The notes: generated by a model from the sequence alone, not told the origin. Numbered from the stretch's first letter, positions 9,453 to 19,619 are shown. The stretch is 64,000 nt of DNA from an uncultured Gemmatimonadales bacterium (GCA_963825055.1 CAWGSK010000011.1:121479-185478); one strand, 5' to 3'. Program-made: numbers and translations.

Positions 9453-10859
9453 ATGCAGATGGTCAGGCCACCAGCCTCGATTCCCGCCGCCGCCCTGGAT
9501 GCCTTGAGCGCCCGGGTCAAGGGGCCGGTCCTCCCGCCGGGGGACACCGGCTTCGAGGAATCCCGGACGGTCTGGAACGCCATGATCGACCGGACACCGG
9601 CCATCGTCCTACGCTGCCTCGGCAATGCGGACGTGATTGCCGGCATCCACTTCGCGCGGGAGCACGGGCTCCTCCTCTGCATCAAGGGCGGCGGCCACAA
9701 TATCGCCGGGCTGGCCACGGCGGATGGGGCCCTGATGCTGGACCTGTCGCTGATGCGGGGCGTCTGGGTGGAGGCGGAGAAGAGGCTCGCTCACGCGCAG
9801 GGAGGGTGCCTGCTGGGCGACGTGGATCGTGAAACCCAGGTGCATGGCCTGGCCACCGTCCTGGGGTTCGTCTCCGCCACCGGCATCGCCGGGCTCACCC
9901 TCGGCGGCGGGTTCGGTTACCTGACCCGTCGCTGGGGGTGGACGACCGACAATGTGACGGGAATGGATGTCGTCACCGCGGACGGCAGGCTCGTCCGGGC
10001 AAGTGAGAAGGAGAATGCCGACCTCTTCTGGGGCCTGCGGGGCGGTGGCGGCAACTTCGGGGTGGTGACCGGGATCGACTATACCCTCTATCCCGTCGGC
10101 CCCGAGGTCGTCGGGGGCCTGGTCGCGTGGCCCGCCGCCGATGCGGCAGGCGTCCTCGAGCTGTACCGGAACCTCGCCGCCTCGGCGCCCCCTGAACTCA
10201 CCCTCGTCACCCTCATGCGGCCCGCCCCACCCGCGCCCTGGCTGCCGAAGGAGATTCACGGGAAACCCATCGTAGCCATCCTCGCGTGCTACAGCGGCGA
10301 CCCTGCGACGGGTGAGAAGGTCGTGGCGCCGATCAAGGCGTTCGGCACTCCCGTCGGGGATGTGCTGGTCCGCCGGCCCTACGCCCAGCTTCAGGGACTC
10401 CTGGACGGGACCCAGCCGAAGGGGCGGCGCTACTACTGGAAGAGCGAGTACCTTCCGGACATCGCGCCGGAACTGTGCGAGAAGTTCATGGCCCACGCCA
10501 CGAAATTCCGGTCGCCGCACTCGGCTTTGATCCTGTTCCAGATCGAGGGCGCCCTCAACCGGCTCCCCAACGACCACTCCGCCGTCGGCAATCGCGATGC
10601 GCGCTACGTCATCAACATTGGCGGGGCCTGGGAGCAGGCGTCGGATGACGAGGCCAACCTGGCCTGGGCCCGGGACGCGTGGAATGACACGAAGGAATTC
10701 TCGACCGGCGGGACCTACATCAACTTCCTGACCCAGGACGAGGGCCCGGAACGGATCGCGGCGGCGCTCGGCGGGAACATGGCGCGCCTGCAGGAGGTGA
10801 AGGCGAAGTGGGATCCGGAGAATGTGTTCCGGACAAACCGGAACATCCGTCCCGCCTGA
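9453..10859 (+). CDS. FAD-binding oxidoreductase, BBE-domain (6-hydroxy-D-nicotine oxidase-like) family
   Basis: KGGGHNIAG, GIAGLTLGGGFG, LFWGLRGGGGNFGVVT, YINF, KAKWDPENVF. GGAGAGG RBS. Confidence 0.92.
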   Translation: MQMVRPPASIPAAALDALSARVKGPVLPPGDTGFEESRTVWNAMIDRTPAIVLRCLGNADVIAGIHFAREHGLLLCIKGGGHNIAGLATADGALMLDLSLMRGVWVEAEKRLAHAQGGCLLGDVDRETQVHGLATVLGFVSATGIAGLTLGGGFGYLTRRWGWTTDNVTGMDVVTADGRLVRASEKENADLFWGLRGGGGNFGVVTGIDYTLYPVGPEVVGGLVAWPAADAAGVLELYRNLAASAPPELTLVTLMRPAPPAPWLPKEIHGKPIVAILACYSGDPATGEKVVAPIKAFGTPVGDVLVRRPYAQLQGLLDGTQPKGRRYYWKSEYLPDIAPELCEKFMAHATKFRSPHSALILFQIEGALNRLPNDHSAVGNRDARYVINIGGAWEQASDDEANLAWARDAWNDTKEFSTGGTYINFLTQDEGPERIAAALGGNMARLQEVKAKWDPENVFRTNRNIRPA

Positions 10860-10995
10860 GCGGGGCGCCAGCGCCACCCATGGCCGATCTGACCTTCCTT
10901 CGGCGCAGCCGCTCGATTACTGGTACGACAAAGACGATCCGCCCGATCCGCCCGCCATACCCGCGGGTCATCCTTCCACCTGCGGAGCGTGCACC

Positions 10996-12735
10996 ATGCG
11001 GACTCTGACCCTCTCGCTCATCTCGCTCGCCGTGGTCGGTGGGGGAATGGCCCTGGCGTTCGGCGAAGCTTCGCCGGCTCCCGGCGCGGCCACCCCGGCG
11101 GCGGACGGTTTCCAGTGGTTCCTCGCGCTCTCGGGGCCCCACGGAGCCGATGCCGGGGACGACCTGGCCATTGACGAGGAGGGGAACCTGTTCGTCGCGG
11201 GCTATCAGGGTGGGCTCGACATGGACGCCGACGGCACGGTGGACCTGCCTGGCGACCAGGCTGATCCCGTCTTCTTCAAGTTCAGCCAGCGTCCGACGGG
11301 CAAGGGCGTCAAGCTCCAGTGGGTCCGGTCGCCGTCCTCGCCGGGATTCAACATGTCGAATTCGATCGCCCCCGACCGGCAGGGCGGCGCCTATGCGCTC
11401 GGCAGGTTTCGCGAGACCATCACCTTCAGCCCCACCCTGACGTTGCAGGGCGGGGGCCAGAACGACGCGTTCCTGGCGCGCTACGGCAAGGATGGCGACG
11501 TGCTCTGGGCGAGGGCCTTCGGCGGCGCCGGCCAGGACGCGCTGTCACGTGTGGCCAGCGATGCCGCGGGGAACGCCTATGTAGTGGGCTGGGGCGAGGG
11601 CTCCTTCCCCCTCGATGAGCACGGCGCGCGCTTTCGCGCGGGCCGTGGGACGGCCATGGTCATCGCCTCGTACGATCCCGAGGGAACCATTCGCTGGGCG
11701 CACGTGGTGGACGCCCCGGCACACGCCATCATTGTCGAGGTGGCACCCGATGGTGAGGTGGTGGTCACCGGTGAGACGGAGGGAGCAATCGACTTCGATG
11801 GCGACGGGACGGTCGACGTTCCCGCGCCGGCCATGCGTGACGGGTTCGTCGCCCGGTTCGGCCCCGACGGGACATTCCGGGGCGCCTGGGCGCTGGCGCC
11901 CGGCCCGGGGTTCATCGCTTTCGCAGCGAACGGGGACGTCTTCCTGCTGGGCATCATGGGCAACCAGGCCGTGAAGCGGTACGGCCCGGCCGACTTCGAT
12001 GGTGACGGAACACCTGACGTGCCAACGAAGGGCGACGGGAAGGGCGGCGGGTGGATTGCCCGCTACGGCCGCGACGGGACGCTGCGGTGGGTCCGGTCAT
12101 ATGTCCTGGAGCGCCCCACGGACCTGGTGACATACGGAGACCGGCTGGTCATGACCGGCGGATACCACGGCATCCTCGATCTCGATGAGGACGGCGTGCC
12201 GGAGCGGGTCGACCAGACGGTCGACGCCTCGCTCGAATCCGAGATTGCGATCCTCGTCCTCTCGGGGGAGGACGGCACCCCGGAGCAGGTCTTCACGGCG
12301 CCGGGCCCGGGAAGGGATATGGCGGCCGCCGGAGGGTTCCTGCCTGGCCAGCCGGTCCTGCTCGTGACAGGATACGTCCAGCTCACCGCGGACTTTACCG
12401 GCGACGGGAAGGACGGTGAGGGCTGGGCGAAGTGCGAGGCACTGGGAGACATCTTCGTAGCCAGCTACCGGCTGGGCGAGGAGCCCCGGATCCACCTGGC
12501 GGCGACACGGAAGGAGATTTCGGGTACAGGCTTCGAGTCAAGGCTGACGTGGACGGGGCTCACGTCCGCGAAGGTGGACGTATACCGCAACGGCACCCTG
12601 CTGGCCACGGTCGCCGACACCGGCGGCTACGTCGACATGATTCCCCACGGGGCCCAGGGGCGAAAGGCGCCCACCTACCGTGTCTGCGAGGCCGGCACCC
12701 AACGCTGCTCGAGGAAAGCCAGCGCGGAGTTCTGA
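10996..12735 (+). CDS. Secreted SBBP-type beta-propeller protein with DxDGDG repeats and a C-terminal FnIII-like domain
   Basis: Signal peptide, repeated DxxGNxYVxG, DAFLARY and W(A/V)R blades, several DFDGDG motifs, C-terminal LTW...VDVYRNG...YRVCEAGTQRCS. Confidence 0.7.
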   Translation: MRTLTLSLISLAVVGGGMALAFGEASPAPGAATPAADGFQWFLALSGPHGADAGDDLAIDEEGNLFVAGYQGGLDMDADGTVDLPGDQADPVFFKFSQRPTGKGVKLQWVRSPSSPGFNMSNSIAPDRQGGAYALGRFRETITFSPTLTLQGGGQNDAFLARYGKDGDVLWARAFGGAGQDALSRVASDAAGNAYVVGWGEGSFPLDEHGARFRAGRGTAMVIASYDPEGTIRWAHVVDAPAHAIIVEVAPDGEVVVTGETEGAIDFDGDGTVDVPAPAMRDGFVARFGPDGTFRGAWALAPGPGFIAFAANGDVFLLGIMGNQAVKRYGPADFDGDGTPDVPTKGDGKGGGWIARYGRDGTLRWVRSYVLERPTDLVTYGDRLVMTGGYHGILDLDEDGVPERVDQTVDASLESEIAILVLSGEDGTPEQVFTAPGPGRDMAAAGGFLPGQPVLLVTGYVQLTADFTGDGKDGEGWAKCEALGDIFVASYRLGEEPRIHLAATRKEISGTGFESRLTWTGLTSAKVDVYRNGTLLATVADTGGYVDMIPHGAQGRKAPTYRVCEAGTQRCSRKASAEF

Positions 12736-12762
12736 CAGTCCCTCACCATTCAGGAGGACCGT

Positions 12763-13032
12763 ATGCGGCTCAGCCCGAAGGCACTCGCCATCTCCCTCGG
12801 CGTGATGTGGGGACTTGGCGTCCTGTGTGTAGGCCTCGCCCACCAGATCTGGCCCGGCTATGGCGGCGCCTTCCTCGACCTGATGGCCTCGATCTATCCC
12901 GGATACCATCCCGGCGGTATGGGGGCGGTCATCGTCGCGGCGCTTTACGCCCTGGTGGACGGCGCGGTGGGCGGGCTGGTGCTGGCGTGGGTCTACAACG
13001 GGGCGGCCGGGATGGCAGGTTCCGTGGCATAA
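12763..13032 (+). CDS. Small membrane protein with SIYPGY motif
   Basis: AGGAGG RBS, 89 aa, two to three hydrophobic helices, conserved-looking ASIYPGY and DG..GG...AWVYN. Confidence 0.7.
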   Translation: MRLSPKALAISLGVMWGLGVLCVGLAHQIWPGYGGAFLDLMASIYPGYHPGGMGAVIVAALYALVDGAVGGLVLAWVYNGAAGMAGSVA

Positions 13033-13036
13033 ACGG

Positions 13037-13489
13037 TCAGGGCGCGCCATCCAGGAACACGGCGCGCCGCTCCGCCCAGGCGGTGCCGAGCGCTTCGAGC
13101 ACTTCCTCGTCCAGGACTGCCTCCGCCATGGGGAAGGCGACCCGCTCTTCCTTCGCGAAATGCTCGCGGGCTAGCGCGACCGCCTCGAGCAACGCCGCAC
13201 GCGCCGTGTCCTGCTTCGCGCTCACCTGTGCCCGGTCCAGCAACGCGGCGATGCGCTGGTGCTCGTCTTCCATGGTGGCCAGGAGCCCCACGTCCGCCCC
13301 GGCTTCCGCCATCCGGCGGAAGAGTACCTCGTCCTCCAGCCTGGCGTGCGAGATGAGTGCCGCCGCCAGGAGGGCGGCCTGCTCCCGGATCTGGTGCTCG
13401 TCAGTCCCGTGCGGCAGGTCCGCTTCAAGGCGATCGAACTGGGCGTAGAAGGCGCCGTGCTCGCCCAGCAGGGCATCCGTCATTTTCAT
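13037..13489 (-). CDS. Hemerythrin (HHE) diiron-domain protein
   Basis: LLGEH...HARLEDEVLF...MEDEH...HFAKEERVAFP. ATGA overlap with the upstream dehydrogenase stop. Confidence 0.85.
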   Translation of the reverse strand: MKMTDALLGEHGAFYAQFDRLEADLPHGTDEHQIREQAALLAAALISHARLEDEVLFRRMAEAGADVGLLATMEDEHQRIAALLDRAQVSAKQDTARAALLEAVALAREHFAKEERVAFPMAEAVLDEEVLEALGTAWAERRAVFLDGAP

Positions 13490-14508
13490 GGCGTCACCAC
13501 CACGCGAATCGCATTCCCGCCCCGAAGCTCGTCGAACGCCTCCGCGATACGGTCGAGCGGATAGCGGTGTGTCACGAGCTCCTCCAGCCGCACACCGCCC
13601 TGCCGCACCATCTCGATGGCCCGCGGGTAGTCCACCGGCCGGCAACCCAGGGAACCGAGTACCGTGATCTCCCGGAACATCACCCGTCCTGCGTTGAGCG
13701 GCAGCGTCTCGGGGCTGTATCCGACCAGCACGACACGACCGCCGGTCCGGACACCATTGAGCGCCAGTTCCTGGGTCGCCGCCCGGCCCACCGCCTCGAA
13801 CGCGACATCGGCGCCCCCGCCGGTAAGGTGACGGATCTCGCGATCCACCCGGGACGCACCGCCGGAATTGAGGGTCGCCACGGCGCCGAACCGGCGCGCC
13901 GCATCCAGCTTGAGGTCATTCACGTCCACGGCGATCACCCTGCCTCCCAGCGCGGTGGCAATCTGGACCAGGCTCAGGCCCACGCCCCCACACCCGATCA
14001 CCAGCACCCAGTCGCCGGGCACCACCCGGCCACGCCGCACCACGGCGTGGAACGGCGTGGTCACCGCGTCGGCGATGATGGAACCCTCCACCAGGGGCAC
14101 GTCGTCCGGGAGCGGGAACACGTCCTTTGCCGGCACGGCGATGAACTCCGCGAAGCCGCCGTCGATGTGGTTCCCCAGCATCCGGCTGTTTTCGCAGATG
14201 TTCTCCCGCCCGGAACGGCACAGTGTGCAGTACCCGCACGACAGCACTGCGGGGATCAGCACACGATCCCCCTCCGCGAGGGCCGACACGCCGTCGCCCA
14301 CGCCGGCCACCGTGCCGGCCACTTCGTGGCCAAGGATGACGGGAGGCGGCTTGAAGGTCGGCGTGCCGTGGTCGATATAGTGGAGGTCGGTGTGGCAGAC
14401 GCCGCATCCCGCCACCGCAATGAGCACCTCGCCGGGCCCGGCCACCGGCGTGGTGACTTCCTCCAGCTCGAGCGGCTGGTGCGCGGCATGAAACACGGCG
14501 GCCTTCAC
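13486..14508 (-). CDS. had: Zn-dependent alcohol dehydrogenase, probable 6-hydroxycyclohex-1-ene-1-carbonyl-CoA dehydrogenase
   Basis: GVCHTDLH, GHE, CGYCTLC..C, MLGNHIDGGFAE, ADAVTTPFHAV, GCGGVG, GSLGCRPVDYP. GTG start with GGAGG RBS; lies in the bcr operon. Confidence 0.85.
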   Translation of the reverse strand: MKAAVFHAAHQPLELEEVTTPVAGPGEVLIAVAGCGVCHTDLHYIDHGTPTFKPPPVILGHEVAGTVAGVGDGVSALAEGDRVLIPAVLSCGYCTLCRSGRENICENSRMLGNHIDGGFAEFIAVPAKDVFPLPDDVPLVEGSIIADAVTTPFHAVVRRGRVVPGDWVLVIGCGGVGLSLVQIATALGGRVIAVDVNDLKLDAARRFGAVATLNSGGASRVDREIRHLTGGGADVAFEAVGRAATQELALNGVRTGGRVVLVGYSPETLPLNAGRVMFREITVLGSLGCRPVDYPRAIEMVRQGGVRLEELVTHRYPLDRIAEAFDELRGGNAIRVVVTP

Positions 14509-14744
14509 GGCGCCCTCCTGGAGTAGATGATGCGGAACAGGTCGAAGGCGAGGCGGCAGTCGCCGCATTCCTCCCGAAGGTCGGCTGGCCCCGGGCGCTC
14601 AAGGCGCACCTCGAACCCCAACTCCCGGTAGAGCCGTACCGACTCGGCCAGGCGATCCCCCGCGGCCATGAAGCGCCGCGTCCATCCTTCCGCCTCCGGC
14701 CCCGGCGGCTGGAGCGGCTCGAACACCGGCAGCGGCCGGCCCAT
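14505..14744 (-). CDS. Small conserved-looking protein (79 aa) with CxxC
   Basis: MGRPLPVF...EGWTRRF...RLAESVRLYRELGFEVRLE...CGDC...IYSR. Overlaps both neighbours (TGATG upstream, GTGA downstream). Confidence 0.7.
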   Translation of the reverse strand: MGRPLPVFEPLQPPGPEAEGWTRRFMAAGDRLAESVRLYRELGFEVRLERPGPADLREECGDCRLAFDLFRIIYSRRAP

Positions 14745-15553
14745 CAGGCCGCCGCGGTCGCGCCGCGTTTGGCCAGCCGGTCCCGGCCGAGGATGGCCGC
14801 GCCGATCGCGGCGGTGAACTGGGCGAGCGGCTCCGCCGGCACGTTGACCTCGATGCCGAGCTGGTCGTGCAGCACCTGCGCCATGGTGGGGAAACGCAGG
14901 ATCCCGCCGACCAGGGTGACCTCCGGCTCCAGCTTCACGCGCTTGAGCAGCTGGACGCAGCGCGTGACCAGGGACACCATGGCACCGTGCACAATGTCGG
15001 CGGGGAGGCGGCCCGTGGAGACGTGATTGATGACTTCCGACTCCGCGAAGACCGCGCAGACTCCTGAGATTGCCGCCGCGTCCGCGGAGGCAGCGGCCAG
15101 GGCACCGATCTGCGCGGTGCCATAACCGAGGTAGCGCGCCGTCTTCTCCAGGAACGCGCCCGTGCCGGCGGCGCACTTGTCGTTGAGGCGGAAGGACATC
15201 ACCCGGCCACGTCCATCGATCCGGCTGGCCTTCATCGTCTGTCCACCCACGTCCAGGATCGTGTGGGTTCCGGGAAAGAAGTAGTGGGCCCCGCGCCCCT
15301 GCGCGGTCAGGTCGGTGGCCTGAAGGTCGCGGAAGGGAACCTGGTAACGGCCTGCGCCGGTGCTCACCAGGATATCGACGTCGTCCCGGGTGGCTCCCGC
15401 GTGGCGCAGCACCGCCGCCCAGGTCTCGCCGGCGACCTCCTCGAGCTTGAATCCCGTGGGCTGCATGGCCGTGGCCACGAGGGCGCCGTCCGCGCCGAGG
15501 AGTGCTGCCTTGGTATACGTCGATCCGACGTCGATGCCACCGGTGAGGTTCAT
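14744..15553 (-). CDS. bcrD: Benzoyl-CoA reductase ATPase subunit, BcrD-like (ASKHA/BadF-BadG family)
   Basis: [47 protein letters not shown]. Confidence 0.8.
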   Translation of the reverse strand: MNLTGGIDVGSTYTKAALLGADGALVATAMQPTGFKLEEVAGETWAAVLRHAGATRDDVDILVSTGAGRYQVPFRDLQATDLTAQGRGAHYFFPGTHTILDVGGQTMKASRIDGRGRVMSFRLNDKCAAGTGAFLEKTARYLGYGTAQIGALAAASADAAAISGVCAVFAESEVINHVSTGRLPADIVHGAMVSLVTRCVQLLKRVKLEPEVTLVGGILRFPTMAQVLHDQLGIEVNVPAEPLAQFTAAIGAAILGRDRLAKRGATAAA

Positions 15554-16368
15554 GGCGTCACCCCCGCGCGTGAGGCCGCGGGCACCCCTGCCAGGACACG
15601 GTCCATGGCGAAGAGGGCCGCGCCGAGCGCGCCCATGTAGTGCGAGTCTTCGCCGACCTGCAGCGTGGTCCCGAGCAGTTCGTTAAGCACGGCCACCATC
15701 GCGATGTTCCGTGCCACCCCGCCCGTGAAAGTGACGGTTTCCTCCACCCCGACCCGCGTGAGCAGCGAACGCGAACGTGCGGCGATGGACCGGTGCACCC
15801 CCATCAGGATGTCCTCCAGTTTCTTCCCCTTGGCCGCCCAGGCGAGCACCTCCGACTCGGCGAACACCGTACAGGTGGTGGAGATCTTGACCGGCCGCTG
15901 GGCCCGCAGGGCGATCCCGCCAAGTTCGTCGAGCGGGATCTCCAGCGCGAAGGATGCCGCCTGCAGGAACCGTCCGGTCCCGGCGGCGCACTTGTCGTTC
16001 ATGCAGAAGTCGAGAACGTCCCCATTCTCGCCCACGCGGATGGCCTTGGTGTCCTGCCCGCCCATGTCCAGGACTGTGCGCGTGCCGGGAAACAACTGCA
16101 CCGCCCCGCGGGCATGGCAGCTGATCTCGGTGACCTGGTCGTGGCCGAAGGTCACCTTGTAGCGCCCGTACCCGGTGCCGATCACGTATCCGACCTCCGC
16201 CTCCCGGACCACGGCATCATCGAGCGCGGCCTGGAATGCCTCCTCCGCCGCGTGGACCACATTGGCGCCGGTCATGATCAGCGACCGTCCGCGGATGCGG
16301 CCAGCCTCGTCCACGATTACGGCCTTGGTCTGGGTGGAGCCGACGTCCACTCCGCCTGCGTACGGCAT
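15550..16368 (-). CDS. bcrA: Benzoyl-CoA reductase ATPase subunit, short BcrA-like
   Basis: [66 protein letters not shown]. 272 aa from ATG 16368. Confidence 0.8.
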   Translation of the reverse strand: MPYAGGVDVGSTQTKAVIVDEAGRIRGRSLIMTGANVVHAAEEAFQAALDDAVVREAEVGYVIGTGYGRYKVTFGHDQVTEISCHARGAVQLFPGTRTVLDMGGQDTKAIRVGENGDVLDFCMNDKCAAGTGRFLQAASFALEIPLDELGGIALRAQRPVKISTTCTVFAESEVLAWAAKGKKLEDILMGVHRSIAARSRSLLTRVGVEETVTFTGGVARNIAMVAVLNELLGTTLQVGEDSHYMGALGAALFAMDRVLAGVPAASRAGVTP

Positions 16369-16379
16369 CGTTCCTCCGT

Positions 16380-17669
16380 TCACCCCGCGGCGGCGGTGCG
16401 CAGCCGACGGGAGTTGAGGCCCTCGAAAAAGGCATCGATCCTGTTCTTGAGCTGCGCCTCCGACACCACCCGGCGGTCCATCATGTCCGACTCGATGTAG
16501 AGGCACTGCACGTCCCGCTCCCGCATCACGGCTTTCCGGCTGCCGGCCAGTCCGGTGGAGACGGTGCGGCAGCTCTTGACCGGGTGGTAGACGATGCCGT
16601 CCGCCCGGGCAAGGTCCACCTCCGCGATAAGCTGGCGGTCCTGGAAGAGCATGGCGTCCCCCGCGTGGCCGATGCCCCGGAGGATGCCCTCGGCGAGGCT
16701 CGACAGCGGCCGCTCGAGGTCGTACTGGAAGCCCAGGTCCAGCCCGCCCGCGGCGAACCAGAGGTACGTGGACCCCACGAACACCCCGCCCCGGTCGGCG
16801 AACATCTCATGGAAGCGCCGGAAGATCGGGTAACACGGCACGCCCACGAACAGCAGGCGATGCTGCTCGTCCTCCAGGGCGCCGATGCCCCGGTCGACCT
16901 TGTACTCGATCTCCTCGACCAGCCGCTCGAAATACTCCGCCCCCTCGCGGGTACCACGGAGCGCGTTCAGGACGCCGAGATAGATCGTGCCGTCCACCAG
17001 GGCGTTGAACGGGGCCGGCGTGGCCCGGTTGAGCTCGAGGATCCGCTTCCACGATGTCGCCATCCGGTTGGTGTAGCCCAGCACTTCCACCAGGCGCTCG
17101 AGGTCCAGCGTCCGGCCGGTGAGCGTGGTGCAGGTATCGATGAGCTCGCAGAGCTGGTGCTCGAGGTACTGGAGGTCCTGCTCCCGCGGGGCGGTGGCGC
17201 TGTTCGACTCCCCCGCTGAGCGTGAGCCCGGGATGTCCAGGGTGAACATGGGAATCCGGTAGTGGCGCTCCCAGAACTCGGCCCACTTCACGTAGGTGTT
17301 GCACGCGTTCGTGGCCAGGGCCAGTGAGGGCTTCGGGATCCGCCCCATCGGATGCTGCCCGCCGCGGAGCTGGACCGCCACGTCGGCCTTCACGTATCCG
17401 CAGATGTCCGGCGAGTAGCCGTAGTCCTCGGCCTCGCCGAGGTATTCGTGGGCCACGTGCCGCACCGCGGTCTGGAGCGAGTTGATCTCCGGGAACACCA
17501 GGTGCATCTCGAAGGCGCGCAGGATCTCCGCCAGGCTGCCCATGACAAAGACATAGGCCGCCGGCTCGCCCCGTTCGGCGGCGGCGTCCAGCCGGTGGAA
17601 CCACTCCCGCATGAGCGCCGCGCCCTCCCGCGCCCCGCGTCCCACGGTGTCCAGCGGCCCTGCCGTCAC
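16380..17669 (-). CDS. bcrB: Benzoyl-CoA reductase subunit B (2-hydroxyacyl-CoA dehydratase family)
   Basis: [46 protein letters not shown]...[11 protein letters not shown] start after GAGGAGG. Confidence 0.85.
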   Translation of the reverse strand: MTAGPLDTVGRGAREGAALMREWFHRLDAAAERGEPAAYVFVMGSLAEILRAFEMHLVFPEINSLQTAVRHVAHEYLGEAEDYGYSPDICGYVKADVAVQLRGGQHPMGRIPKPSLALATNACNTYVKWAEFWERHYRIPMFTLDIPGSRSAGESNSATAPREQDLQYLEHQLCELIDTCTTLTGRTLDLERLVEVLGYTNRMATSWKRILELNRATPAPFNALVDGTIYLGVLNALRGTREGAEYFERLVEEIEYKVDRGIGALEDEQHRLLFVGVPCYPIFRRFHEMFADRGGVFVGSTYLWFAAGGLDLGFQYDLERPLSSLAEGILRGIGHAGDAMLFQDRQLIAEVDLARADGIVYHPVKSCRTVSTGLAGSRKAVMRERDVQCLYIESDMMDRRVVSEAQLKNRIDAFFEGLNSRRLRTAAAG

Positions 17670-17679
17670 GACAACCTCC

Positions 17680-18855
17680 TCAGTTGAACAGGATGCTTTC
17701 CACGAAGGTTTCGAGCTGAAGCTGCAGCTGGTCGAAGCCAGACATCTTCTCCTCGAACTCCGTGATGAAGTAGGGAATCCCCTCTCCGTCCAGGGCCTTG
17801 GCGTAGGCCACCTGCTCGTCCAGCCCCGGTTCGCACATCTTGGCCGCGGCCAGGATGGCTGCCTCCGCCTGTGCGCCCCGCAGGCGCCGCAGGAGCATCT
17901 CCTCCTTGGGCTTCCGCGTGTCGTGCTGCACCGGGCTGTACGAGGATCCCTCCAGGTAGGCCGTCGCCAGGGCGCCCAGGGGATCGCCGTCGGGATGCAC
18001 ATCATCGATCAGGAACCGCAGGCCGATCAGCAGGTCGTCATCGACCACGTAGCACGACTGGCTGATCATCGACAGCAGGTCCAGCGGCGGCTGCTCACAG
18101 AACCCGCCCTCCAACACGACCCGGATGCGGTCCTGCTGACGGGCCGTCCGCGCCCGCAGCTGCGGGAGGAGCGACCGGAGCAGGAGATTGTGTTCCTCCC
18201 GGGGAATGAGCCCGCCGATCGAGACGAGGACGTAGGCCTGGTCCACGGGAAGCAGCCACGGCGTCTCCCGCTTGATGGCGTACAGGTCGCGGATCAGGCG
18301 GCGGTTCTCGTTGAAGACGGCGATCGCCCGGCGCAGGTCGTCCCCGCTCGCCCGGCGTCCGGCCACGGCCTCGAGGTCCTGCAGGACGCGAGCATACTCC
18401 TGCCGGAGGTAGGTCGGCGCCCCGGACGAGTTGGGATTCTGCGGCAGGTAGAGGATCTGCGCCGGGTAGGTGAAGTTCCGCGACCAGACACCGGCGAGGT
18501 TCCGCGCTGCGTCGCAGATCGGGTGCGTCACGAAGAAGTCGAGCGGCAGGCGCCCGTCCAGGGCCACCTCCAGCGAACTGCGGAGGATGGAGCAGAGATA
18601 GGAGCCGAAATGGGAGTCGGCCTGCCGCATTTCGACCGGGGCGCCCCGCACCTTCACCGGCAGCATGCCGACGGCGTGCGCGAGTTCCTCCGGGAAGTAC
18701 ACCTGGAAGTGCCCCAGGACCTTCCCGCCCCGCTCCTTCCACGCATGAACGGTCGGGAACTCCGGATCCTCCACCAGGTCGCGGCAGGCACCCAGTGCGG
18801 CATCGAGGGGCAGCGCCGCCACCGCGGCCACGTCAAACACAGTCGTGGTGCTCAT
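17680..18855 (-). CDS. bcrC: Benzoyl-CoA reductase subunit C
   Basis: VYFPEELAHAVGMLP, SYLCSI, ICDAARNLAGVW, LPQN, FCEQPPL, CYVVDDD, KMCEP. These track the Thauera-type BcrC motifs as I recall them. Confidence 0.87.
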   Translation of the reverse strand: MSTTTVFDVAAVAALPLDAALGACRDLVEDPEFPTVHAWKERGGKVLGHFQVYFPEELAHAVGMLPVKVRGAPVEMRQADSHFGSYLCSILRSSLEVALDGRLPLDFFVTHPICDAARNLAGVWSRNFTYPAQILYLPQNPNSSGAPTYLRQEYARVLQDLEAVAGRRASGDDLRRAIAVFNENRRLIRDLYAIKRETPWLLPVDQAYVLVSIGGLIPREEHNLLLRSLLPQLRARTARQQDRIRVVLEGGFCEQPPLDLLSMISQSCYVVDDDLLIGLRFLIDDVHPDGDPLGALATAYLEGSSYSPVQHDTRKPKEEMLLRRLRGAQAEAAILAAAKMCEPGLDEQVAYAKALDGEGIPYFITEFEEKMSGFDQLQLQLETFVESILFN

Positions 18856-19619
18856 CCCGCCTCCTTCCATGCGGGAGCGCGTTTCTCCAGAAACGCTGCC
18901 AGCCCCTCCCGGGTATCGTCCAGTTCCATCAGTTCGTTCCGGTAGATCGCCTCCGCCCCGGCCAGGGCCCCGGAAAGGGAAAGCTCCAGCCCGGCATCCA
19001 CCGCCCGCTTGGCGACGCGGAGGGCGGGCCCGCTCAACGCGAGCAGGTCCTGCACATAGGCGTCGGCCTTCGCGGCAAAGTCGTCCGCCGGCCAGGCCTG
19101 GGTCGCGAGGCCCAGCCGGGCCGCTTCCTCCCCGGTCAGCGTGCGGCCCGTCAGTATCAGGTCGAGGGCGCGCTGGCGACCGACCATGCGGGGGAGCAGC
19201 GCGGCGGCGAGTGGCGGGAACACCGCCAGCCGGATCTCGGGAAGGCCCAGTTTCGCGTCGGCGCGGGCGAGAACGATGTCGCAGGCCAGTGCCAGCTCGC
19301 ATCCGCCGCCCAGGGCGGCACCCTGGACGACCGCCACGGTCGGCATGTCCAGGGCCATGATGACACCGACCACCTGGTGGAACGCCTCGAGCATCCGCCC
19401 GACCCGCTCCGGCGTGTGGTCGGCGACGTCCACCCCGGCGGAAAACGCCTTCCCCGCGCCGGTGATGGTGAGCACACGGATCGCGCGGTCATTTACCACG
19501 GTTCGCAGGCAGGCCGTCACGGCCTCCAGGGTTTCGATGTCGAGCACGTTGACCGGCGGGCGGTCCAGCACCAGCCGACCCAGCCCCCCGTCATGCTCGA
19601 GCCGAACGTTCGCGCTCAC
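18852..19619 (-). CDS. dch: Enoyl-CoA hydratase, probable cyclohexa-1,5-diene-1-carbonyl-CoA hydratase
   Basis: PPVNVLD, FSAGVDVADH, ALGGGCELA, PEIRLAVFPP, EGLAAFLEKR. GTGA and ATGA overlaps within the bcr operon. Confidence 0.85.
   Translation of the reverse strand: MSANVRLEHDGGLGRLVLDRPPVNVLDIETLEAVTACLRTVVNDRAIRVLTITGAGKAFSAGVDVADHTPERVGRMLEAFHQVVGVIMALDMPTVAVVQGAALGGGCELALACDIVLARADAKLGLPEIRLAVFPPLAAALLPRMVGRQRALDLILTGRTLTGEEAARLGLATQAWPADDFAAKADAYVQDLLALSGPALRVAKRAVDAGLELSLSGALAGAEAIYRNELMELDDTREGLAAFLEKRAPAWKEAG

Noticed and set aside
12763..13032. Possible phage holin implying a prophage
   Set aside because: I recall similar proteins being labelled holins, but there is no endolysin, structural gene or integrase nearby.
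14744..18855. Alternative call as 2-hydroxyacyl-CoA dehydratase plus activator (amino-acid fermentation)
   Set aside because: Two distinct ATPase subunits, BcrC-like FCEQPPL/CYVVDDD motifs and co-transcribed dch, had and oah favour benzoyl-CoA reductase.
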